Origin: Gemmatimonadota bacterium
Lineage (GTDB): Bacteria; Gemmatimonadota; Gemmatimonadetes; Gemmatimonadales; GWC2-71-9
DNA: 58,926 nt
NCBI GenBank assembly: GCA_016199245.1
Contig: JACQHC010000046.1
Span: 1-58,926 of the forward strand
Reading direction: 5' to 3'
Shown here in pieces: positions 1 through 9,642 of the stretch. Within the stretch, counting starts at the first letter, position 1. Each line of letters opens with the position of its first letter. Under the pieces are notes generated by a model that was not told the origin of the DNA, made no database searches, and saw only the letters and a list, made by a program, of their open reading frames with translations. The translations under genes were made by a program, and so were the position numbers.

Positions 1-2860
1 TCGTTGAGGCCGAGCTTCTCGCCGCGTTGGTCCGCCGCCCGGATGTCCTTGGCCAGCTCGATGAGCTCCTGAATCACCTGCGCGGCCTCGATGGCGCGGT
101 TTTGGTAGCGGTGAATGGCGTGCTCCAGCATCTCGAGGAACGACTTGGCCTGCACCACGTTCTTCCGCCGCCGGGTCTTGATCTCGCCATCCAGCAGCTT
201 CCGCAGCAGCTCTACGGCCAGGTTCCGCTGCGGCATGCCCCGCACCTCGGCCAGGAACTCGTCTGACAGAATCGAGATGTCGGGCTTGGCCAGGCCCGCC
301 GCGGCGAAAATGTCTATCACGCCCTCCGGAGCCACGGCCCGCGATACGATCTGCCGGACCGCGAGGTCCAGCTCTTCCTGAGTCTTGCCGTTGGCCGGCG
401 AGCGTTTCACCAACACTGCCGCCACGGCCTGGAAGAAGGCGACGTCGTCCCGAATTTCCCATGCGTTTTCATGTGGCACGGCGAGGGCAAACGCCTGGGA
501 CAGCTCACGCACGGCGGTCACGAAACGGCTCTTGCCGTCTTCCTGCGCCAGGATGTGCTCCTGCGCACCGGGCAACACGGACACGCGGTCCTGCGCCTTG
601 GGGCTGGTCCAGCGGGACCAGTCGAACCCGTGGAACAGGCCTGAGCACACCTCGTGCTTCTCCAGCAGGAGGGCCACGGCCTCATCCTGATCAATGGCGG
701 TGCGACCGGTCCCGCCGCTCTCGGTGTAGGTCGCCAGAGCTTGCTTCAGCTCATGGGCCAGGCCCAGGTAGTCCACCACCAGGCCGCCCGGCTTGTCGCG
801 GAAGACGCGGTTCACTCGCGCGATGGCCTGCATGAGGCCGTGTCCGCGCATCGGCTTGTCCACGTACATGGTGTGGAGGCTCGGCGCGTCAAAGCCGGTG
901 AGCCACATGTCGTGCACCAGCACGATCTGAAGGGGGTCGCCGGCGTCGCGGGAGCGGTCCGCCAGATCGTCTCGGCGGTCCTTGTTGCGGATGTGCTGTT
1001 GCCAGCCCGGGGAATCGGAGGCCGAGCCGGTCATGACGACCTTGATGATGCTCTTGCTGTCTTCCGTGTCATGCCAGCGGGGCTTTAGGGCAACGATCTC
1101 GTTGTACAGCTCCACACATATCCGCCGGCTCATGCAGACCACCAGGGCCTTGCCTGTCATCGCTTCCAGCCGGCGCTCGAAGTGGTCCACCAAGTCCCGG
1201 GCGATGAGCTTCACCCGCTTCTCGGCCCCGACCACGGCCTCGAGCTGGGCCCACTTGGTCTTGAGTTTCTCGCGGCGCTCGACCTCTTCGCCCTCAGTCA
1301 GGTCCTCAAAGTCGGCGTCCACGCGCGGGCGCTCGGCCTGGTCCAGCGCGAGCTTGGCCAGCCGCCCCTCGTAGTAGATGGGTACGGTCGCCCGGTCCTC
1401 GACCGCGCGCTGGATGTCGTAGATGGAGATGTAGTCGCCAAAAACCGCGCGGGTATTGGCGTCCGCTTTCTCGATGGGAGTGCCGGTGAACCCGATGAAC
1501 GAGGCGTTGGGCAGCGCGTCCCGCATGTGCCGGGCAAAGCCGTCAATGAAGTCGTACTGGCTCCGGTGCGCCTCGTCGGCAATGACCACGATGTTCCGCC
1601 GGTCCGACAGGACGGGGTGGCGGTCGCCCTTCTCCTCTGGGAAGAACTTCTGGATGGTGGTGAACACCACGCCGCCGGCTTCCACGGAGAGCTTGGCCCG
1701 GAGATCCGCCCGGCTTTCGGCCTGAACCGGCGGCTGGCGCAGCAGGTCCCGGCAGCGCGAGAAGGTGCCGAAGAGCTGGCCGTCGAGGTCGTTTCGGTCG
1801 GTGAGCAGGACGAGCGTGGGGTTTTGCATGGCGGGCTCGCGGATGATCCGTCCCGCGTAGAACGCCATGGTCAGGCTCTTGCCCGACCCTTGCGTGTGCC
1901 AGATCACGCCCACGCGGCGGTCGCCGGGGGCACCGCCGGCCGCTCCGCTCTCGTAGCGGCCCGCGGGCTGCTCCTTACCGGCGCCCGCGGTCACGGCTCG
2001 GCCCGTGGCCCGCAGCGTCTCGCCCACCGCGTGGTTCACCGCGTGGAACTGATGGTAGCCCGCCATCTTCTTGGCGGGTTTCCCGCTCTCGTCCTCAAAC
2101 ACGATGAAGTCCCGCAGGAGTTGCAGCAGGCGCCGGTGGTGGAACACGCCTTCCAGCAGCACTTCGAGCTGCGGGAGCCGCGTGTCCGCGACCGTCTCCC
2201 CGGTCTTGGTGCGCCAGGGCTTGAACCATTCCCGGCCGGCGGTCAGGGTGCCGATCCGCGCCTCCACGCCGTCGGAGACCACCAGGAGCTGGTTGAAGGC
2301 AAAGAGGGTGGGTAGCTCAGCTCTGTAGGTCTGGAGCTGCTGGAAGGCGGTCCAGACGGTGGCGTTCTCGTCGGCGGGGTTCTTCAGCTCGATCACCCCA
2401 ACGGGCAGGCCGTTCACGAAGAGCACCACGTCCGGCCGCCGAGTGTGCTTGTTCTCGGTGACGGTGAACTGGTTCACGGCTAGCCAGTCGTTGTTCGCGG
2501 GGTTCTCGAAATCAATCACTTGGGCTTGGGCGCCCCGGATGAACCCGTCAGGCGTACGGTGCTCGACGGTCGCACCATCCACCAGCAAACGGTGGAGCGT
2601 GTGATTACGGATTTCTAAGGAGGGGCCTTCGGGACGAGTGAGCTTGCGGAATGCGTCGTCGAGAGCTTCAACCGGAAGGTCGGGGTTGAGCCGAGCGAGG
2701 GCGTCGCGCAGGCGCTGCTCCAGGAAGACCTGCCTGTAGTTGAGGCGCTCCGCGGCCAGTTCGCCGGGGGCGATCTCGGGGCCGTGCGCGACGCTCCAGC
2801 CCAGACCTGCTAGCCACTGGGCGGCGGCGTCTTCGACAACGGACTCGGTAAATACGCTCA
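1..2860 (-). CDS. hsdR: Type I restriction enzyme R subunit (HsdR); the C-terminal end lies beyond the window start
   Basis: Not in the ORF track because the frame is open at the window edge. The reverse frame starts at ATG 2860 ([24 protein letters not shown]...) and no stop-delimited minus ORF is reported across 1600-2860. My translation shows SF2 motif I ([12 protein letters not shown]), a DEAH box ([12 protein letters not shown]), GFTGTP, and the HsdR-type C-terminal region ([22 protein letters not shown]). Confidence 0.9.
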
Positions 2861-2937
2861 TTGTAGCGTTGAAATGGTTACCTCACATCGGCCGGGTCCG
2901 ATAGAGTTCCCACCCAGGCAAGACCCGGGAGCCGGCC

Positions 2938-3354
2938 GTGGAGACGCAACTCGCCCTGATCGCGGACGGCGCGAACATCTCAGTTGATGGCAAGGTCAAC
3001 ATCCTGGGCGAGTTTGACACGCTATTCGCTGAGGCCGTCCCTGTCCGGCACCCTGGATTCTGGTTCGTTGCCAAGCTGTTGCTCGGCGGCCGAGACGTCG
3101 GCCAGAAACGGCTCATGCTGAAGCTGGTGGACGAGGACGGTAACTCCGTCGTTCCGCCTCTGAGCCTCCGGCTCACCATTCCGTTGCCGGGCGCGGAGTT
3201 TACCGGGGATCGTTGGCCGCTGCCGGTGGTTTTGCAAGTGAGCAGTCTGCTGCTGCCGAGGTTCGGCGCCTATGTGTTCGAGCTGCGGACGGATGATCGT
3301 GTCTTGGCTGAAGTTCCGCTGTACGTACGACCAGCGCGAGGATTTGGTCACTAG
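2938..3354 (+). CDS. Hypothetical 138-aa protein, predicted mostly beta, no recognisable catalytic motif
   Basis: ORF with a GTG start, divergent from hsdR. The sequence looks protein-like rather than a GC shadow (METQLALIADGANISVDGKVNILGEFDTLF...YVFELRTDDRVLAEVPLYV). It resembles small DUF-type proteins, but I cannot name the family with certainty. Confidence 0.55.
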   Translation: METQLALIADGANISVDGKVNILGEFDTLFAEAVPVRHPGFWFVAKLLLGGRDVGQKRLMLKLVDEDGNSVVPPLSLRLTIPLPGAEFTGDRWPLPVVLQVSSLLLPRFGAYVFELRTDDRVLAEVPLYVRPARGFGH

Positions 3355-3442
3355 GAGGCCCGGCTCATGCGATGGCGGATTGCCCAGTCGGGGCCCGGGC
3401 GCTAGCGTGGAGAGTGACGGCGAACGCATGGAGGTCTTGTCA

Positions 3443-3790
3443 ATGCGCGATATGAACCCGGAAGAACTCGCGATGCTTCCCTGGTCCATCGTCGGCCCGC
3501 GGCCGGTGCAGGACCGGGAGGGGAACCGTCACTTCGAGATGCGCGTCAAGGAGTTGCCGGACTTCCTCGTGTCGGGCAAGACCGAGGCGGAAGTGCTGTG
3601 GGGATTCAAACCCGCGCTGGTAGCCTTTCTCAAGTCCTTTCTGCCCGGCCAGCTACCACCGCTGCCCGAGGGCCCGCCGGCCCGTTGGGTGCTCTTGGCG
3701 CCGCCGGGACCGGGCACTGGAGCCCACCTGGCAGGTGACCACGCTACAACGGGTGCGACACCGGTCTTCGCGTCGGTTGTGGTCGAGTAG
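3443..3790 (+). CDS. HicB-like (UPF0150-fold) antitoxin-like protein, with no adjacent HicA
   Basis: GGAGG lies 8 nt upstream of ATG 3443. The core FEMRVKELPDFLVSGKTEAEVLWGFKPALVAFL matches the HicB N-domain pattern (vpelPG..a.G.T.eEa......al). The longer track ORF from 3272 overlaps the previous gene and was trimmed. Confidence 0.5.
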   Translation: MRDMNPEELAMLPWSIVGPRPVQDREGNRHFEMRVKELPDFLVSGKTEAEVLWGFKPALVAFLKSFLPGQLPPLPEGPPARWVLLAPPGPGTGAHLAGDHATTGATPVFASVVVE

Positions 3791-3855
3791 CGCGACCGGC
3801 TGAGCCATCTGCAGTTGTGGTGGCGCCGCCCCGTGCCTCATGGTAGAATCTCAAC

Positions 3856-4563
3856 ATGCCCTCTGCCCGGAGTCGCACGGCCGCTCATTCCGACCCTCGC
3901 AACCGACCAGCCTATCCCCTCGCGGAGGCGGCTCGATACGTCAAGCTGGCCCCCGCCACTCTCCGATCGTGGATCGTGGGAAGATCGTACCCGGCCGGTG
4001 GTGGCGTGCGGCGCTTTTCGCCGCTCATCCGACCGGCCGGCCGACCGCCACCGGTGCTTTCGTTCTGGAACCTGATCGAGGCTCACGTACTGCGCGCCCT
4101 GCGTACGGAACACGGCGTGTCGGTCAGGGACGTCCGAAGGGCACTGCGGTACGCGGAGGGGGAGCTCCGAGTCGAGCGCCTCTTGCTGCGACAGGAACTC
4201 TGCTCCCACGGCGGCGAACTCTTCCTCGAGCGTTACGGGGACCTGATCAGCCTGTCGGCCTCCGGTCAGATCGCCATGAAGCGCCTGCTGCAGGACCACC
4301 TGAAGCGGGTGGACTGGGATGAGTGGCAGTTCCCGGTACGACTGTACCCGTTCCCCACCAGCGAGGCCATCACCCCCGATAGGCCGATCGCTATCGACCC
4401 CACGATCGCGTTTGGGCGGCCGGTTCTGGTAAAGCGAGGTGTTACCACTGAGGTCATCGCGGAGCGCATTGACGTGGGGGAGTCCGTCGAGGAGCTGGCG
4501 GCCGACTACGACGTGGAGCCGGCGGACATCGAGCAGGCGGTGGTGTACGAGCGGGCCGGGTGA
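3856..4563 (+). CDS. DUF433-type antitoxin with an N-terminal HTH (VapB45-like)
   Basis: N-terminal HTH-like segment (YPLAEAARYVKLAPATLRSWI). C-terminal DUF433-like segment (GRPVLVKRGVTTEVIAERIDVGESVEELAADYDVEPADIEQAVVYE). A GTGA start/stop overlap links it to the next gene. Confidence 0.75.
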   Translation: MPSARSRTAAHSDPRNRPAYPLAEAARYVKLAPATLRSWIVGRSYPAGGGVRRFSPLIRPAGRPPPVLSFWNLIEAHVLRALRTEHGVSVRDVRRALRYAEGELRVERLLLRQELCSHGGELFLERYGDLISLSASGQIAMKRLLQDHLKRVDWDEWQFPVRLYPFPTSEAITPDRPIAIDPTIAFGRPVLVKRGVTTEVIAERIDVGESVEELAADYDVEPADIEQAVVYERAG

Positions 4564-4970
4564 GCCGGGTCTTCTTCACCGACAGAGACCTTGGCAAGAA
4601 GTTCCCGCAGATCCTGCGTGAGGCTGGGCTGACGGTTGAGCGGCACGCGGATCATTTCGCGCATGACTGCCCGGACGAGGAATGGCTACAGGTTGTGGGC
4701 GAGCGGGCTTGGGTCGCGATCACCCACGATTCCCGGATTCGATATAAGCCGAACGAACTCGAGGCCGTAGTCCGTCACCGCGTTGCCCTCCTCGTCGTGG
4801 TTGGACGGGCGAGCTATCCCGCGCTCGCCGCGGCGTTCGTTTCGGCACTCCCTCGGATTGAGTCATTTCTGGAGAGCCACGACGCGCCGTTTATCGCCAA
4901 GGTTTATCGTCCAACTCCGGCCGACATGCGGCGAAACGCCCCCGGCCGGGTTGAGCTCTGGTACCCGTAA
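4560..4970 (+). CDS. PIN-like toxin partner of DUF433 (DUF5615 / VapC45-like)
   Basis: 4-nt overlap (GTGA) with the DUF433 gene. Size and N-terminus (MSRVFFTDRDLGKKFPQILREAGLTVERH...WVAITHDSRI) fit the DUF5615/PIN-like family that pairs with DUF433. Confidence 0.65.
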   Translation: MSRVFFTDRDLGKKFPQILREAGLTVERHADHFAHDCPDEEWLQVVGERAWVAITHDSRIRYKPNELEAVVRHRVALLVVVGRASYPALAAAFVSALPRIESFLESHDAPFIAKVYRPTPADMRRNAPGRVELWYP

Positions 4971-4987
4971 GGAGGCTCAAGGCAACC

Positions 4988-5215
4988 ATGCCCGCAACCA
5001 TCCCGTCCGCGGCGCTGCGGCATGTGTCCGACGAAGAACGCACTCGGCTTCTGGAGGCCGCTTTCGCGGCGGCGCCGGAGGCTCTGGCCAACTACGTCAC
5101 CGTTCTGGACGCCCGGTTGCGGGTTTTCGAGCAGCGCTATGAGCTCCCCTCGTCAGAACTCCCTCGCGCCCTGGGGCGCGGACTGTTGCGCGACACGGCG
5201 GACGTGAGCGAATGA
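4988..5215 (+). CDS. Small hypothetical protein (75 aa), antitoxin-like helical protein
   Basis: AGGAGG lies upstream of ATG 4988. The motif RVFEQRYELPSSELPRALGRGLLRDTADVSE resembles small antitoxin-like proteins. The ORF ends at a TGA where related proteins usually carry W (see findings). Confidence 0.4.
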   Translation: MPATIPSAALRHVSDEERTRLLEAAFAAAPEALANYVTVLDARLRVFEQRYELPSSELPRALGRGLLRDTADVSE

Positions 5216-5275
5216 CTGTTCTGTGTGGAGGTCCGGAGCCACCTGGTCCGGGAAGCACGGGCCTAACCCCCTCGC

Positions 5276-6688
5276 TCAATTGTGGCGGAGGATCGGTGTG
5301 GACGAACAGATGGTGAGAGCCTTCGACCCACGCGTCATGCCAACGTAGAGATTGTTGGCATCCAGAGAATCGGCGTCGAGAATCACCACAGCCTCCGCTT
5401 CCAATCCCTTGAGCAATAGGGTGCTCCCAACGGCCCGTTTCGGTAACGGTCTGCCCACCAGCCGATTCTGCTCACGCATGCGAATGGCAGCTTCCTCGAA
5501 AGACAGCCCGTCCGTGTTCTCGCACAGCCGGAGTGCCTTGATGCACGCCCTCAGAACGGCAGGCCTGTGGGTTCGTACCCCGGTTTCCTTTCCGATTTCG
5601 ACCAGCAGATCCACGGCATTCCGATAGGAAGGTGCCTTAACGAATGCGAGTGCAGCCCCCTCCACAGCCGATGGCACCTTGCGTGCCGAGCCGCGCGCCA
5701 ACAACTCCACACGCTGGATCAGGTCGGCGCTCCCCACGTTGGTCATGACACTTTGGGCGAACCTGACTAGCCGGCCGAACGCGTGTTCCGCATCGAGGTT
5801 GAAGTTGCGCGCAAACGACACCAAGTCTCTTAGGTCCACTGCTTCAACCGTGACGGCCCCAGGCGTCTGGCTGGCAAACTGGCGCTGCTTCTCCGGGCTG
5901 GTACTGTCGGCAATGATCAATACGCACGCATCGCCCGTCGGCGCCCGTACACGCGCTGCCCGCAAGCGTCTGCGATGGTCATCCGTTCCGTCGAGCTCGA
6001 CCCAGCGCACAGCTGGAGGTGCTGTCCGGAGATCGAGGGGCTCGCCCCGCAACAGCTTGCCGCGTGCATCAAGCAGCCAGCGCCCCAGCTCTTCGGCGTT
6101 CGCATTGATCCATCGCCACTGCGTTTCCAATTCCCCCGCCAGGGGGAAGCGCCCACATACTTGGCGGTCCCAGTCTGGGAGAGGGTCCCCGAATCCGAAG
6201 ATCGCCTGCATGGGATCGCCGAGCACACACGTTGGCAACGTCTCTGCGGCATATGTCACAAGGGCGTGCTGACGGATTGAGCAGTCTTGATACTCATCCA
6301 CTATGAGCCGTGCATAGGTCGCGGCAAGCACGTCGTTTATGTGTCCTGCCTTCAATAGCTTGGCCGCAGCTGCGCGGATCCTCGGGTAGTCGGTACGGGG
6401 CGATGCCAGGTCCAAGATCTTGGGATCGTGGCCGCTGCGCCCCGGAAACGTTGAAATAAGGCGCCTCGCCCACCCGTCGATCGTTGACAGTCGGTGTGCA
6501 CTTGAGGGAACGCCTGCCCGGCCAAGTCGCCCCCGAAGAGCCACGACACCAGCATTCGTGTGCGTAAGCACAAGAACCAGCTTCTTGTTCGCGTACCGAG
6601 TGAGGGCCTCAGCAATGAGTTGTGTCTTCCCGCAGCCCGCAGGTGCGGTTACGGTGCCTCGGTCGATCTCCAGGAGATCAACTGTCAT
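5276..6688 (-). CDS. gajB: UvrD/PcrA-like SF1 helicase, Gabija GajB-like
   Basis: Walker A APAGCGKTQLIAEAL, DEYQDCS, LGDPMQAIF, and C-terminal VGMTRGSKALTICS. The start was chosen at ATG 6688 (MTVDLLEIDRG) because it forms an ATGA overlap with the stop of the frameshifted OLD gene. Confidence 0.8.
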   Translation of the reverse strand: MTVDLLEIDRGTVTAPAGCGKTQLIAEALTRYANKKLVLVLTHTNAGVVALRGRLGRAGVPSSAHRLSTIDGWARRLISTFPGRSGHDPKILDLASPRTDYPRIRAAAAKLLKAGHINDVLAATYARLIVDEYQDCSIRQHALVTYAAETLPTCVLGDPMQAIFGFGDPLPDWDRQVCGRFPLAGELETQWRWINANAEELGRWLLDARGKLLRGEPLDLRTAPPAVRWVELDGTDDHRRRLRAARVRAPTGDACVLIIADSTSPEKQRQFASQTPGAVTVEAVDLRDLVSFARNFNLDAEHAFGRLVRFAQSVMTNVGSADLIQRVELLARGSARKVPSAVEGAALAFVKAPSYRNAVDLLVEIGKETGVRTHRPAVLRACIKALRLCENTDGLSFEEAAIRMREQNRLVGRPLPKRAVGSTLLLKGLEAEAVVILDADSLDANNLYVGMTRGSKALTICSSTPILRHN

Positions 6689-8419
6689 TCGGCTGCATAG
6701 ACGGCCCAAGTGAAGACGGCGTCAACCAAATTCCTGAAACCTGCGTCGGCCTTCTCCACGTCGGGACCGATAATGTCGCGCGCCACATCTTCCATCCATG
6801 TTACGGACTTGAACCACCCCGCCTTCCTGGTCCGGGACGCTCGGCCTAGCACACGGCGACTATGAGCTGTCACACCATCCATCAGTGCCTCGGTTCGTAT
6901 TGCGGTCAAGTTCTTGGCGTTCTGTGACGCCGACTTGATGTGGTCGTTGATGAGTTCCTCTCCATGTAATTGGACTGCACGCTCCACGAGTCTGCCCACG
7001 GCCTCATCGCTCAGGCTCAGGAACAGTTCGTCCCTCGAGTGTGCGCCCCTGGCGCCATGCAATGACCTTGCCACCGCTGGCAGCAAAGTCGGCCTCGACA
7101 ACTGCGGTTGGGCTCGTGTCGTCATCGCGAAGGATTGCGACACGATACCCAAGAGAGTGGAAGGCAGCCGCACGGGCGAACGGCCGGTCGGGCTCACCAC
7201 CGCCGGCATCGACGAGAGCCGAACCGACCGCACTGAGAGCGCTTTCGCCCCGGGCCGCCCGGAACTGATCAAGGCCGCGCAACAGGCCGATCTCAGTGGC
7301 GCCTTCGCAGACAATGACTGCGGGAGCCAGAAAGGCTTCGGGATAGAGTCGGACGGTGCTCTGCATTTCGTCTGTCGTGGCGACAGGCAGCAGTTGATGC
7401 CTATTGGGTCCCGCTCGGGTAACGAACAACTGGCTGGCGGACAGTTCCCGCACCGCAACGGGGGAGTGCGTCGTCATGAACACCTGCAGCGGTGGAGCGT
7501 CCTCTTTGGCGCCCAGAAACCCTAACAAGCGCAGAATCCGGTGTGGTTCAAGTCCGTGCTCCAACTCATCAATCAATAGGATCGTGGACTTTCTGGCAGC
7601 CTTCCGCTGAAGGCCAGCGACCAGTAGTCGCGTTGAACCAAGGCCCAGTCCACGGAGAGGTATGCCCGCCTCATCGTGCAGGGAGATCGTCCCTCGACTG
7701 AACGACACCGAATGCGCGTCCAGCATTGCCTTCACAATCGCTCCCACCGGGATACCAAGTTCCTTGGCGGTGGTCGCCACAATCTCAAGTGTCTCGCCGA
7801 GTTGACCCTGCGCCTCATCCCCAAAGGCAGCCCGCGCCTCTCGAGCTGCCCTTGCCAGCGCTGCTGACGCATCGGCCTTCTCGTCGGCGATGCGGTTCAG
7901 TACTGAGCCCTGGCGCCACCCGAGGTGGTAGTCAGCCATCACACCAATCCGGGTCGGTGCGAGCCTAACGCGATCGGCCCAACTCAAGAACCGAACCTGT
8001 CCGGCGCCGGCTGCCCGGTCCGATACCAAGGACCAGGCCGGTTCGAGATCGCTGCCAACCGTCAGCCTGATGGTCAGCACCGTCTCAGCACCGCTCTCGG
8101 GTTCATCCTCAATCTTGCCGGACTCAGACTCGAACCCCCGCACATACATACCATATGCATCGAGGTTCTTGAGTCCCTCATCGAGTTCGCCGATGGTCAA
8201 CGAGATGCTAATAGGTGATTCGACAGCCAGTTGGTGAAAATCCACGTCTGTGAACTGGACGTTGCCTCGTGCTCCAAGGCAGAGGTCAATGGCGTCGAGG
8301 ATAGACGATTTTCCGCTGTCGCAGGGGCCGATCAGGCAGTTGAGGCCAGGCGTCGGGTACCACTCCAGGTCGTTGATCCCTCGGAAGCGCCGGATTTCGA
8401 CCTTTCGGATCCTGGCCAT
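6685..8419 (-). pseudogene. gajA: OLD-family ATPase/Toprim nuclease, Gabija GajA-like, interrupted by a +1 frameshift near 7032-7036
   Basis: Track ORFs 7004..8449 and 6685..7458 are two frames of one gene. It has Walker A (GPCDSGKSSILDAI), a Toprim E (VIVCEGATEIGLL) and DxD (ILRDDD). Frame A reads ...WRQGRTLEGRTVPEPER*. Removing one G from the minus-strand gag-g-gac gives ...RTLEDELFLSLSDEAVGRLVERAV... through to stop 6685. The repaired length is about 578 aa. Confidence 0.8.
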
Positions 8420-9642
8420 CAGACGTTGTCCGACATCGGGCCTCGCCAACCACCGACCCTAAGCTCCCCACTGAGGAGGCGGGGCAATAGTGCGTCGCGC
8501 AGGGCGGCGAGGGTGCGGGATTCGCGCTCGTTCTGCGCAACCTTCGCCAGAAGAGGACCCGACGCCCGAGAAAACCGGCCGAACACTTCATCACTGGGAC
8601 GGACGATCGGCGTCGCCGCAACGACCTCTGGCCGAACTGCGGGGTAGGCAGCGCCATCGGCCAGATGAGCGAGTGTGTCGATGTTGTCCGCCGCCGTGCC
8701 TGCGAGGTAAACGAACTCCGCGTACTGGGCTGCCTGTGGTCGAAGCACTGCAAAGCCCGTGCTGCCCGTCAGTCCGCTTTCCGAGATGAAGGCGTACGAG
8801 CCGTTCCCAGGGCGCACGGTTCCGACGATCGTGTCGGCCGGCCGCAGCACCCTCTGTGCTCGGCTTGGCGCATCAGCAGCCTCATACGAAGTGACCGCCT
8901 CGATTCGCCCCCACTTCGTGTTCGAGAGATCGACGTAGTTGAGTTCGGCAGGGCGCGTCTCCTTCGTCCACACCTCCGGATTCAGAATCCCCAGGTCCGC
9001 AAGCGTTCCCACCCCCCACCCCGCCAGAATCTCCCCCAACTCCGATTCCTCAAACCGATCCGGGAACAGGTCGGCAATCTCCTTGGGCAACCCCGAATCC
9101 GGCCCCTCGACCTTCGCCCGAACCGGATCGAAATCCACAAACCACGACTTGAAAATCGCCCGCGCCATCGCCTCCAGCGTCTCACTTATCCGCCGGTTCA
9201 GCTCGATCTTATCGTCCAGCGTGCTGAGGACCTGGGCGATGGCACGCTGTTCGGGGGGCTCCGGAATCCGCACGGGCAACCCGTAGATGTAGTTCCGATT
9301 CAATGAAGGCTGAGCACTTCCGGAATTGTAGGCCGCAAGGTCCAGGGTGCCGAGCCAGTAGTAGCAGAACCTCGGGTCGTTACCCATGAAATCCGTTACA
9401 TACATGCAGGTGTTCAGCGGCCAGTAGTCGTCGGTTATGAAGGAGACCACGCCGATCGACGCACCGCTCCGTCCCACCGTCACGCCGGGCCCTGTCGCAC
9501 GGGCTTGGTTGTGCCAACCCGTAACGCCGAATGACCCCAGTATCGGAACCGGGCCTGCCTGCCGCTCCTTGTCTGGGAGGTCGTGCCCTCGCTGAAGGCG
9601 GACGACTTCACCCAACGTCGTTTCCCGCCACTCACCCGCCAT
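8419..9642 (-). CDS. hsdS: Type I R-M specificity subunit (HsdS), two target-recognition domains
   Basis: Typical TRD opening (EWRETTLGEVVRLQRGHDLP), central conserved helix (PPEQRAIAQVLSTLDDKIELNRRISETLEAMARAIFKSWFVDFDP) and C-terminal helix (ESRTLAALRDALLPRLLSGEL). ATG 9642 is preferred over the track's TTG 9648. Its stop overlaps the gajA start (TGATG). Confidence 0.85.
   Translation of the reverse strand: MAGEWRETTLGEVVRLQRGHDLPDKERQAGPVPILGSFGVTGWHNQARATGPGVTVGRSGASIGVVSFITDDYWPLNTCMYVTDFMGNDPRFCYYWLGTLDLAAYNSGSAQPSLNRNYIYGLPVRIPEPPEQRAIAQVLSTLDDKIELNRRISETLEAMARAIFKSWFVDFDPVRAKVEGPDSGLPKEIADLFPDRFEESELGEILAGWGVGTLADLGILNPEVWTKETRPAELNYVDLSNTKWGRIEAVTSYEAADAPSRAQRVLRPADTIVGTVRPGNGSYAFISESGLTGSTGFAVLRPQAAQYAEFVYLAGTAADNIDTLAHLADGAAYPAVRPEVVAATPIVRPSDEVFGRFSRASGPLLAKVAQNERESRTLAALRDALLPRLLSGELRVGGWRGPMSDNV

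Noticed and set aside
1182-2315. 377-aa plus-strand ORF and neighbouring plus ORFs across 27-2604
   Set aside because: They are antisense to the uninterrupted hsdR frame. Their composition (R/G/A/P/L/V-rich, no motifs) is typical of high-GC shadow ORFs.
5213-5215. TGA recoding (selenocysteine or programmed read-through) at the end of the 75-aa ORF
   Set aside because: No SECIS-like hairpin is evident immediately downstream, and the family expectation is Trp rather than Sec. A simple nonsense mutation or a natural end is more parsimonious.
6685-7458. 257-aa ORF listed as a separate minus-strand gene overlapping the OLD/GajA ORF
   Set aside because: Its first ~140 codons are an out-of-frame shadow of gajA. 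Only the last ~107 codons look like real protein, and they continue the GajA C-terminus once a 1-nt frameshift near 7032-7036 is corrected. It is treated as part of gajA.
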